Shown piece after piece: positions 17,855-26,029 of a stretch of DNA of 64,000 nt (positions are counted from its first letter, which is position 1; every line of letters begins with the position of its first letter). The stretch comes from a virus. Both the position numbers and the translations under genes were made by a program. Location: the IMG/VR virus record IMGVR_UViG_3300028948_000703, positions 32,001-96,000 of that record, one strand, 5' to 3'. The notes beneath the pieces were generated by a model that was given only the letters and a program-made list of their open reading frames with translations, searched no databases and was not told where the DNA came from.

Positions 17855-18733
17855 ATGTTTGCAGATTTCCTTTTGGTACCCGGCGATCGAGTGGTCATAA
17901 AGATGGACCCGGAGGCCCGTGCATGGCGTGGCGGACTGCCCGATGGCACCCAGGGAACTGTGGTTGGCAAGGTGAGGTATCGTCGCTATGCCACTCGTTA
18001 CGGCATCGACACCTACAGCTTTGCTCAGCCTGGCATCTACGAGCTGGACGGTGTGCCGCGGGTCAAGTGGGACACTGGTAAGATTGACACTGTGAGCACC
18101 TACGATATCGAAGCAGTCGACACCAAAAAGTTCGAGCAGCGTGTGGAAACCCAGTATCGCTCTGCTGTTCGTGCAGGAGAAGATGGCAAAGAGATCGAAC
18201 ACCGGTTCCGCAATATGGTGAGGCTTGGTGATCTGCCCGATGCCAAGTTCTACGAGCTGGATCGTGTTCGTGTGTCGTGCTTTAACGATACGGGCACTGT
18301 CAAAGAGGTGATGTATACCTGGGCGCTGAACGAGCAGACCGGACAGTGCAACGATGAACGTGGCATGTGCTATCGCGTCGATCTGGACCGCGGTGGATCT
18401 ACTCACGTGCATGATACTGAGCTTGAGCTGAAAATGCGTGGAAACATGTATAATCATCTCCATGGGCTTCCTCTAGAGTTTGTTGACATCCGCGAGGAGA
18501 TCAGCTGGGCCAAAGGTCTGACGCAGATCAAGGAAGTTCGCAATCCTGCTAATCAGCTTTACAGCTGGACCAAAGAATCTGCTCTGGCTGCGGTGGAGTC
18601 TGGGCTGGGAGACTGCATTACTGCTGGTAACGGACTGTTTGGTAGTGGCCTGCATGTTTCCGTGTGGAAGTGCAACGACAGCGATCTTGGACGGCGTGCG
18701 CGGCTGGCAACTATGCGTGGTTTTGGCCTTTAA
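17855..18733 (+). CDS. Hypothetical protein with two SH3/KOW-like beta domains
   Basis: 'PGDRVVI...GTQGTVVG' and 'LDRVRV...GTVKEV'; own promoter and SD. Confidence 0.6.
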   Translation: MFADFLLVPGDRVVIKMDPEARAWRGGLPDGTQGTVVGKVRYRRYATRYGIDTYSFAQPGIYELDGVPRVKWDTGKIDTVSTYDIEAVDTKKFEQRVETQYRSAVRAGEDGKEIEHRFRNMVRLGDLPDAKFYELDRVRVSCFNDTGTVKEVMYTWALNEQTGQCNDERGMCYRVDLDRGGSTHVHDTELELKMRGNMYNHLHGLPLEFVDIREEISWAKGLTQIKEVRNPANQLYSWTKESALAAVESGLGDCITAGNGLFGSGLHVSVWKCNDSDLGRRARLATMRGFGL

Positions 18734-18792
18734 TTGGTTGAACAACCAGATCAGCTAGTGTATAAGCTAGCAGAACGAATTAGGAGCCAACA

Positions 18793-19116
18793 ATGAGCTT
18801 GGATGTTTATCTGAATGCGGTGCGTCCGACTACGGTCTACACTCGGAACATCACGCACAACATGGGCCGGATGGCTGATGCCGCGGGTATCTATCAGCAT
18901 ATCTGGCGGCCCGAAGAGCTGAACATCAAGACTGCTGGCGAGCTGATCGAACCCCTGACAGCGGGTCTGGCTCGCCTCAAGGCTGATCCTGCGCACTTCA
19001 GCCAGTTCAATCCTGCCAACGGCTGGGGTAACTATGAAAATCTGGTCGAATTCGTTGACGAGTATCTGGATGCGTGCATTGCTAATCCGGATGCAACAAT
19101 TGAAGCCTGTCGTTAA
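18793..19116 (+). CDS. Conserved phage protein (MSLDV.L...NITHN...NP.NGWG.YE family)
   Basis: Motif recognised; SD AGGAG. Confidence 0.75.
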   Translation: MSLDVYLNAVRPTTVYTRNITHNMGRMADAAGIYQHIWRPEELNIKTAGELIEPLTAGLARLKADPAHFSQFNPANGWGNYENLVEFVDEYLDACIANPDATIEACR

Positions 19117-19658
19117 AAGGAGATAACATGACCAACGAGAACGCTCAAGTCACCGCCTGGACCATTGTGGGAGTTGCGGTCTGTGCTGCATTTGCCTTTA
19201 TGATCCATGGCTGTGTTGACATGGTCAAGTCCAGCGATCAAGTCGAACTCCAGAAGCACGGCTTTCTAACCGGCGGTATCTTTGTAAAAGTGCGAGTCTG
19301 AGGTTCCTATGAATGATCTAGTTAAACTAGCATACGATACCGGTGCTGCATATGCCAAAACCATGGGCTATCGCACCATTGGCATGCAGGATAATCCCTA
19401 CAATCCAGATGACGAAATTAGCTTGCGAAAGGCTTGGTTTCGAGGGTATAGTGACGCTTGTAGAACTGCTGAAGAGGGCTAATCATGTTTGGGTTTCTGG
19501 TCGGTTGGGGTGTGTTCTGGCTGTCGCTCTGGATTACGTTTACTGTCCTAGGTGCACTAGCAAAAGAAGACAACATGGTCGGTGCCGGCATCATACTTTC
19601 TGCCATTAGCTTCTTCTATCTCATAGCTGTGCTCATCGGTAATGCAGTGAGCTAGATC

Positions 19659-19922
19659 ATGTATCCCAGATTTGAAATGCGTGTGCCGCGTATCAACTCA
19701 CAGTCTGCAGAAGAACGGATCACTCTGCAGTGTCTTCCCGACAACCTGTTTGAGCTTGGCCTCTACAACGATAACACTGCTGTTACTGACAGTTTTACCT
19801 GCACTGCAACTCTCAACCTTGAGCAGCTCGATACACTGATCAAGGAACTCACGGCAGCACGTGACATCAGAATTCGGCAGGTTCTCTTGGAACGGTGGAA
19901 GCATATTCCTGACATTCTCTGA
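19659..19922 (+). CDS. Hypothetical protein
   Basis: ORF track. Confidence 0.5.
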   Translation: MYPRFEMRVPRINSQSAEERITLQCLPDNLFELGLYNDNTAVTDSFTCTATLNLEQLDTLIKELTAARDIRIRQVLLERWKHIPDIL

Positions 19923-20213
19923 GATATCGCTTGCATCTAGCATGTGTTCTGCTATGTTACACAAATGAACACTATTCAACGTCTTGAACTAGCTGAGAAT
20001 ATTGCTCACCTCTATGGTCGGTGGCCTGAGTTCTCCAGGATCTACAGCGAGTATCGCAACAAGCACCGTGTCTTGGACAGCACTGAAAAGACCTTGCATG
20101 ATATGAACCTCTGGGAAGATTATTGCAAGGTGTTGGTCACTCGTCAGCAAAAATAAAGGTTGCAGCTGGCAGCCAAATCTGCTATGTTGCAATTGTAAAC
20201 AACGGGTGATAAA

Positions 20214-20411
20214 ATGCTAAAGAGCATACCGATAATCACAATTTGGAGCATTCCACGCACTGAGCCGTTCCGTCTCAAGAAGATTGTGGTTACAAGCCCG
20301 CGCGGCAAGATCTGGACCTTTGACAGCGAAAGTGATGCTCGCTGCATCTTCCCTGATAGCTGGGACCGCATCAAAGCTGGACTGTTGGGTTACACTGTCA
20401 CAGGAGTGTGA
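20214..20411 (+). CDS. Hypothetical protein
   Basis: Own promoter; ORF track. Confidence 0.5.
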   Translation: MLKSIPIITIWSIPRTEPFRLKKIVVTSPRGKIWTFDSESDARCIFPDSWDRIKAGLLGYTVTGV

Positions 20412-20611
20412 ACATGAAGCCTACTATCTATCGTGCATGGATCAATCAACCCAGCACCGATCAGCCCCTTCATGCGCTGCATGGGCTACGTTGCATTGCA
20501 GAGGATACTGGCGGAGCAACTGTTCGTTTATGGTTTGCAGAAGGCGACATCCATTCAATGGAAGCTCTGCGTACATGTATTAGCAGAATAAAGCTTAGTG
20601 AAGCCGGTTGA
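20408..20611 (+). CDS. Conserved phage protein (WINQPST.QPLH.LHG family)
   Basis: Motif recognised; SD AGGAG. Confidence 0.65.
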   Translation: MNMKPTIYRAWINQPSTDQPLHALHGLRCIAEDTGGATVRLWFAEGDIHSMEALRTCISRIKLSEAG

Positions 20612-20660
20612 CCCAAACAATCTAGACGCTATACTACCAGCGTTAACAACGGAGCGCACA

Positions 20661-20912
20661 ATGCAGCTTAAGACCGCAAACGAACTGAACATGCAGGCAG
20701 CTATCCAGCAGGGTCTGGGCACGCACTACATGCTGGACGAGAGTGACAACTGCGGGCTCTGCGGCGAAGATCTTGAGGGTGCTGTGAGTGAAGTGCAGGT
20801 GGCATCGATCATCAACGACACGATCGAAACCAATACCTGTACGGTCTATACCGATGCTGCCGGCGTGATGCGGGTGGCCAATCCGGACGAATTTGTGAGG
20901 TGCTTTGGCTAG
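20661..20912 (+). CDS. Hypothetical acidic protein
   Basis: CAACGGAGCG RBS before ATG 20661; TTGACC/TATACT promoter. Confidence 0.55.
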   Translation: MQLKTANELNMQAAIQQGLGTHYMLDESDNCGLCGEDLEGAVSEVQVASIINDTIETNTCTVYTDAAGVMRVANPDEFVRCFG

Positions 20913-20916
20913 GCTG

Positions 20917-21183
20917 TAGCAAGAGAGCTTTATTGGGCCCCTGTCGTTTAATTGGAATAGGACGCCGTGCTCGATTTCACTGCCTGACATGGCTATAGTA
21001 TTGATCATACCAGTGGTTGATTCTCTGTAGGTGTTGGGTAAAGATACTGTGCTGGTACACAGGAGAGCATTGGTATGCAGGTTCGAGACCTGTCAGGGGA
21101 AGCAATAAAGGTAGCCTGTGCGTGATGTAACATACAGGAGCAACTAACCCGAGGCGTCTTCACCACTACGCCTACTCTTGCTA
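20917..21183 (+). ncRNA. Unknown structured RNA containing a split tRNA-like elbow with a ~110-nt insert
   Basis: CCCCTG-TC-GTTT-AATTGGAAT-AGGAC (acceptor/D-arm) and GCAGG-TTCGAGA-CCTGT-CAGGGG (T-arm/acceptor). Outer stems CTTTATTG/CAATAAAG and TAGCAAGAG/CTCTTGCTA. No CCA. Confidence 0.6.
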
Positions 21184-22143
21184 GAGAAATACTTCTTTAA
21201 AACGTTGCATCACTGGCCATGGTGCAAACTGCTGAATTCGATCAGACCAAGTAGCCTGCGAACCCAGGTCTTTGATATTCATGAGTTTTTCCTTGACAGT
21301 GGATTCACTATAAAGTAGATTGCTATTGTTGAGCAACACTTGATGATTTTGATCATGGCCGCCCTCCCAGGCTAGAACGGGCTTGTTCAAGGACAATGCT
21401 TCGGCAATTGCAAGGCCAAATGATTCGCCTCCAGATCTAGCATGTATCATTGCATCACAGCTGGCAATAAAGTTTGATTTTGCTTGAGGGCTGTGTATTT
21501 CAGTGAGAAACCTAACCTGCGGATGTGATATCCAAGGTTCTGTGCCAACAAAAACAAAAGTATAGTCTTGCCGTGCTGCTAAGACTTCGGTGATCGCTTG
21601 TTTGACAAATGGGATATCAAAGGTATAATATCCTCCCATGCGTCCAATTACAGTATTAGACTGTGGAATTCCCAGTATCTCTCGATAGTTGTCAGTGACA
21701 CTGGGCAGCGTGACCATGTGAGGCACCCAGGGAATTGCAGCAGAATGTCGTTGATTCATTGTTAAAGCCAGCCATTCACTGATATAAGCATATCTGTGGC
21801 CGTGCGGATTGTAGTATTGAAATACAGCATGAATCGCTGTGGCACAACCCGGCGCAACATAGTTGCCATTGCCAGCATGTATCATGTATAGGAGATCTGG
21901 CTTCTCTTGATCAACAAGTCTTGATAGATCATCTTGGCCACAGTGTGATAAAACCTTGAATCTACTCTGCAGAGATTCTAACACTGCAGGTTCAGTACCA
22001 AGATCCTTTGCATATGCAAACGCAGTATCATAGCATATAATGCTTTGGTTTCCAAGTAATGATTGATTATATGTGGCATAATCTCTAACAGCTACGGTGG
22101 TACCTCTATATGATAATGTGTTGGTGTGAAACAGTATTTTCAT
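21181..22143 (-). CDS. Glycosyltransferase, GT-B fold (GT4-like)
   Basis: 'RGTTVA..DYA.YN' and 'DAMIHARSGGESFGLAIAEA..LNKPV'. Confidence 0.85.
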   Translation of the reverse strand: MKILFHTNTLSYRGTTVAVRDYATYNQSLLGNQSIICYDTAFAYAKDLGTEPAVLESLQSRFKVLSHCGQDDLSRLVDQEKPDLLYMIHAGNGNYVAPGCATAIHAVFQYYNPHGHRYAYISEWLALTMNQRHSAAIPWVPHMVTLPSVTDNYREILGIPQSNTVIGRMGGYYTFDIPFVKQAITEVLAARQDYTFVFVGTEPWISHPQVRFLTEIHSPQAKSNFIASCDAMIHARSGGESFGLAIAEALSLNKPVLAWEGGHDQNHQVLLNNSNLLYSESTVKEKLMNIKDLGSQATWSDRIQQFAPWPVMQRFKEVFL

Positions 22144-22208
22144 TGTAATGCATTATATGCAATATAAAATCGGTTGCATAATTGGATAAACACTTTATAA
22201 TCGAACAC

Positions 22209-22364
22209 ATGAACAAGAGCATCAAGCGTTATCTCAAGTGCGGACCCGGTGGGCGACGCTGTGTCTGTTGCTTTCCTGCTCCGGGTAGCCGCGAACGCAA
22301 GTTTGAGTATCGCCGGGCCAAGCGTAAGGCTCGCCAGCAAGCGTTGCGTGATCAGGAGCAGTAA
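22209..22364 (+). CDS. Small basic Cys-containing peptide
   Basis: MNKSIKRYLKCGPGGRRCVCCFPAPG...RRAKRKAR; own TTGCAT/TATAAT promoter. Confidence 0.55.
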   Translation: MNKSIKRYLKCGPGGRRCVCCFPAPGSRERKFEYRRAKRKARQQALRDQEQ

Positions 22365-22520
22365 ATGGATCCTATTTTAGTGATTGCAACAACCGCAATT
22401 GCTATGCTAGTGTTGCTTGGATAAAAAATAGCCGGATAGCTAAAACCTGGTCCCCGCAGCTCAAAAACCTGGTCCCCGCAGGGGTTTATAAAACACCAAT
22501 TATCAGTGAGAGATTAAACC

Positions 22521-23009
22521 ATGGCCCTGCTCAATCGTCGAAAGTTCCTGTTTCGCTCGGCTGCAATTGTCACTGCCAGCAACTTGATGCCTGGTCACAG
22601 CATTGCTCACCTGCTGGAACCCACGCCTCGCGAAGTGATTGTTGCCAACATGAAGATAATCCAACGAGAGCTGCAGGCCAACAGCATGAGTGATCTCTCA
22701 GCCACAGCACTGAGCAATATTGATGACATCATTCATCGGGCTGTGAACAACATCTGTTCGGTGGGTGTGGACCGACTTGCTACACCCAGCAAGGAAGATG
22801 TTGCTCATGTTTTCAATCCTCGGCACGAATGGTATCGCAGTGATGTGGCCAGCAACTTTCGTGATGTGCCCATTGATGTACTGCCCGTGCATGCACTAAA
22901 GACAGTGCTGGGCAAGTGGAAGGCTCCAGTTAACTCTCAGCACGAAGAGTTCAAGGACGGTTGGAAGCAGTTTGTGAGCAAGTATGTCAACACACTGCCC
23001 ACAATGTAG
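22521..23009 (+). CDS. Hypothetical protein with twin-arginine-like N-terminus
   Basis: 'LNRRKFLFRSAAIV'. Confidence 0.5.
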   Translation: MALLNRRKFLFRSAAIVTASNLMPGHSIAHLLEPTPREVIVANMKIIQRELQANSMSDLSATALSNIDDIIHRAVNNICSVGVDRLATPSKEDVAHVFNPRHEWYRSDVASNFRDVPIDVLPVHALKTVLGKWKAPVNSQHEEFKDGWKQFVSKYVNTLPTM

Positions 23010-23095
23010 CTTGCACTAAAACAAGAAGTGCGCTAGACTTGCTCACATACTAGCGCACTTCTTGCCAGATGTAAAATAAATTTACACCATCTCTG

Positions 23096-23215
23096 CACGG
23101 CGTGCCTCGGGCCTATTCACAACCTTTTGCTGTGATTTTCGTCACGGCGTGCCTCGGGCAATATCACAGTGCATTTTTGTAGTTTTCATCACGGCTAGCC
23201 TCGCAGTCACAGCTG
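23096..23215. repeat. Three degenerate tandem units of 47 bp starting CACGGC(G/T)
   Basis: CACGGCGTGCCTCGGG at 23096 and 23143; CACGGCTAGCCTCGC at 23190. Confidence 0.8.
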
Positions 23216-23329
23216 AATTTTTTTCTGCGGCTGGCGAACGAATTCATTTTTTTTGCACCTTTTTTGGTAGACTGCTGCTAGCAATGTGCTAAGTTCACAT
23301 TGTTAACACAAACACAAAAGGTAGTGCAA

Positions 23330-23749
23330 ATGATCAGCAACGAGCAAGCAATTGACGCCATGATGTGCAGCTTCGAAAAGTACGCCGCTCTGCGTGCTGA
23401 ACTGGGCTTTCCGCTGCCCAGCAAGGTCAACAACAACCTGCTGCCGAGCTGGGTCCTGCGTGTGGGTGAGAAGCCCAAGACGGAATGGGTCATGCCTAAG
23501 CGTGCTTCGCAGCCCGTCCAGCCCGCTGCTGAGACTGCAATCGTCGAAGTCAACGCGCCCGTGCAAGTCGCTGCAGAGCCCACTGCTGCAAAGCTCGACA
23601 GCTGGGCCGCGCGTGTGCGTGCTGTGATCCGTGCAGCCAAAACGGAAGGCCAGACGCCGCAGCAGGTGCTCAAGCACGTGGTGGAAAGCATGGGCATGAA
23701 GGAAAGCAGCGCTCGCAACTGCATCAAGCACAATTGGCTTAAGGTGTGA
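23330..23749 (+). CDS. Hypothetical protein, paralog of 7608-8027
   Basis: LPSWVLRVGE...VRAVI...NCIKHNWLKV. Confidence 0.7.
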   Translation: MISNEQAIDAMMCSFEKYAALRAELGFPLPSKVNNNLLPSWVLRVGEKPKTEWVMPKRASQPVQPAAETAIVEVNAPVQVAAEPTAAKLDSWAARVRAVIRAAKTEGQTPQQVLKHVVESMGMKESSARNCIKHNWLKV

Positions 23750-24488
23750 GGGGAGGCGCAAGCTTCTTACACTGGGAGAAGTGATACCTAAACATAGCGG
23801 GTCCTTTTCCAAGCTTATTACAGTGAGGGCACTCATAAACACGCAAAATGTTATGAGTGCCCTCCATCATGCGTTTTTGATTCGTCTTCCTTGACACTTC
23901 ACCGCCGAGAAAATTATGCCGTCCTTCAGCTACTAGACGCCTGTGTACTTCACCGCCGAGGAGATGATGCGTGCCTTCCTCAACACGCTTCCTTTGTAAG
24001 TCGCCCCCGAGAAAGTTGTGTGTACCATCCTCGATACGCCTCTTGTTGGCCTTCTTAACGTGTTCTCCGCCCTGGAAGGGATTTGTTCCGTTTTTAACAC
24101 GTTGCCGTGCATGATCGCCTCCAACAAAGGGATGTGTACCGTTGGCTAACATCTTATATACAGGATTTCTCTCCCTAATAAAAGGATGAGTTCCGTCGTC
24201 TATGCGCTTTTTTGCGGAAAGCTTTGCTATTTTTGATTTTTCTTCCTTGCTCATACCTAGCCTGGACATCAATCGCATAGCTGCGGCCCAGTCGCCTTGG
24301 TCAAGATGTATTTGAAGATGATCCTGTATTGACACAGCTAGCAAATTGCTTATATCGTTGTTTGACGGGTCGCCATCAATGTGATGTATATCATAAGTCC
24401 GACCTTGATCGTCCTGTGGGATAGGGCCGTGATGCTGTTCATAGATTTTTCTATAGACACGTGATTGACTTCTAGCATAAGTAGTCAT
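23739..24488 (-). CDS. HNH homing endonuclease with GTHxF repeats and C-terminal zinc ribbon
   Basis: 'YRKIYEQHHGPIP...YDIHHIDGD.SNN.ISNL...H...H'; seven G(T/R)(H/N)x(F/L/I) repeats; CPHC. Confidence 0.85.
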   Translation of the reverse strand: MTTYARSQSRVYRKIYEQHHGPIPQDDQGRTYDIHHIDGDPSNNDISNLLAVSIQDHLQIHLDQGDWAAAMRLMSRLGMSKEEKSKIAKLSAKKRIDDGTHPFIRERNPVYKMLANGTHPFVGGDHARQRVKNGTNPFQGGEHVKKANKRRIEDGTHNFLGGDLQRKRVEEGTHHLLGGEVHRRLVAEGRHNFLGGEVSRKTNQKRMMEGTHNILRVYECPHCNKLGKGPAMFRYHFSQCKKLAPPLTP

Positions 24489-24558
24489 AGCTGTTGTTCC
24501 TCTAAAACAATAGAGCGATCGGGAGTTCCACCGCCGCGGATCGCAACATTATTTATAA
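24489..24558 (-). promoter_or_regulatory. TATAAATA late promoter plus structured leader occluding the SD of the HNH gene
   Basis: On the - strand: TATAAATA-ATGTT-GCGATC...GATCGC-TCTATTGTTTTAGAG-GAACAACAGCT-ATG. Confidence 0.6.
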
Positions 24559-24600
24559 TGGCCTGTGCTGATTTTCTTAAATTAAATTTGCCGTGAGTGA

Positions 24601-24812
24601 TTGATTCTAAGAACTTCAGATCCAATCCACACGAGTATCCCAAACCCTACGTGTTGATTTTAAGGAGTCCATAGTCAATCCTCACGATCCCTAAGTAGCC
24701 GTGTCTGTTGATTTTAAGGATTCCAGGAAAGATCCGCACGAACGCATCTGAAGACTTCTAATGAATGTTAAGATAATCCTTAACCCCGGCTATTGATTCT
24801 AAGGATCTCGAC
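24601..24812. repeat. Degenerate ~54-bp tandem repeat (TTGATTyTAAGrA...ATCCdCACGA)
   Basis: Motif starts at 24601, 24654 and 24708, with a fourth half-copy at 24793. Confidence 0.75.
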
Positions 24813-25035
24813 TAGCCTACAACGGCTAGATTAACTGTTGACACACTTCCAAAATGCACTATAATAAAAAAATGGACGAGTTGATCACAGCCATTGTTTT
24901 TCAAGCTGTTTACATGCAGGACAACGGCTGCAAATATGCGGCTCGCTTGCCTTGCCAGCAAATCACTGACCCTGAATGGGGTAATCCAGAGTTTATGAGC
25001 GAAGTTACCAGAACGCTCTATCAAGGAAGCTAGCC

Positions 25036-25272
25036 ATGCATTGCTATATGATCATTGAACATCTTGAGCCGGATCAACACAAGGGACTGGGAACCATGCA
25101 CAGCATTGGCACAGTGTTTGCCAGCAGTGACGAGGATGCCATGCAGCAGATCGTTGATCACTGGGGAATCAAGGATCCCATGCGAGACCTCAGCGATAAC
25201 TGGGCTGTGGAAAACCGGCAGTTCTCAGTGGTCAAACTGGTCCCGCCAACAGCGGCAATCAAGATCAAGTAA
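25036..25272 (+). CDS. Hypothetical protein
   Basis: SD AAGGA; ORF track. Confidence 0.55.
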   Translation: MHCYMIIEHLEPDQHKGLGTMHSIGTVFASSDEDAMQQIVDHWGIKDPMRDLSDNWAVENRQFSVVKLVPPTAAIKIK

Positions 25273-25314
25273 AATCGGTTTACAACACATGTGCCATTGT
25301 GTATAAGTAGTTAG

Positions 25315-25488
25315 ATGAAAACATACGGACTCACTGATCGATCCCTGCGCGGATGCTGTCCTGGGCATGATAAATTCCCTCGAGAGAGCTATAATAACCG
25401 TCGCTCTAAGCGGAGAAATCGTCTAACAACTAAGATAATGCGTAGACGGCAGCGTCGTATTGATCGCCGCGCCGCTAAAGCCAGCTAA
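25315..25488 (+). CDS. Small basic peptide MKTYG...GCC...RR (not in track)
   Basis: MKTYGLTDRSLRGCCPGHDKFPRESYNNRRSKRRNRLTTKIMRRRQRRIDRRAAKAS. Confidence 0.5.
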   Translation: MKTYGLTDRSLRGCCPGHDKFPRESYNNRRSKRRNRLTTKIMRRRQRRIDRRAAKAS

Positions 25489-25493
25489 CATCA

Positions 25494-25646
25494 ATGAAAG
25501 CCTACGGACACAGTCGCAAAGACAAGCTGGAATGCCGGTACGGATGTTGCACTGGCAAAAGCGGCGCAAAGAAGAATTGCCGTCCTGTAGTTGACAAAGC
25601 CCGGCGAAAGCGCGCACGGCGTGCAGCTAAAGATACCCATGCATAA
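25494..25646 (+). CDS. Small basic peptide MKAYG...GCC...RR (not in track)
   Basis: MKAYGHSRKDKLECRYGCCTGKSGAKKNCRPVVDKARRKRARRAAKDTHA. Confidence 0.55.
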   Translation: MKAYGHSRKDKLECRYGCCTGKSGAKKNCRPVVDKARRKRARRAAKDTHA

Positions 25647-25809
25647 TCAACATTGCCTTGACTATTACCTCCACATGCAGGAAGAGGCAGGCGATGTCTG
25701 CGACCTAGATCATCAAACCATGTGGCAGGATTTTTGGTTTGACGAACAAGAATCGGTTGCAAAATTCTAAAACTCTGTTAGTATAGCACACCGTTAACAG
25801 GAGCACACC

Positions 25810-26028
25810 GTGGCCAAAGAGCTCAAGGTTGGTGAGCGGATCAACACACAAGAACTCAGCTATGCACATTTTACTGTTGCCGCTGGGTCAACGATTCAAC
25901 TATCAATGTACTCAAACAGCGATCACGAGCCTCGCAAGATCGTCACAGCTACTCTGGAATACGACATTGATATCTTTGAAGACAGCCGCGTGCAAGTCCT
26001 GATCACAGACATCAAGAACGCAGATTAG
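25810..26028 (+). CDS. Hypothetical protein
   Basis: Own promoter, SD AGGAG, GTG start. Confidence 0.55.
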   Translation: MAKELKVGERINTQELSYAHFTVAAGSTIQLSMYSNSDHEPRKIVTATLEYDIDIFEDSRVQVLITDIKNAD

Positions 26029-26029
26029 G

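Noticed and set aside
15387-18745. Long antisense ORFs (e.g. 15387-16010 +, 17813-18463 -)
   Set aside because: Shadow frames of genes with clear SD sites and recognisable motifs on the other strand.
23096-23215. Possible mini-CRISPR array (16-bp repeat, ~31-bp spacers)
   Set aside because: The repeat is too short and the third copy is degenerate. The 'spacers' resemble each other and no cas genes are present, so this is a tandem repeat.
24601-24812. Possible CRISPR array
   Set aside because: Repeats are short and degenerate, and inter-repeat sequences share a motif.
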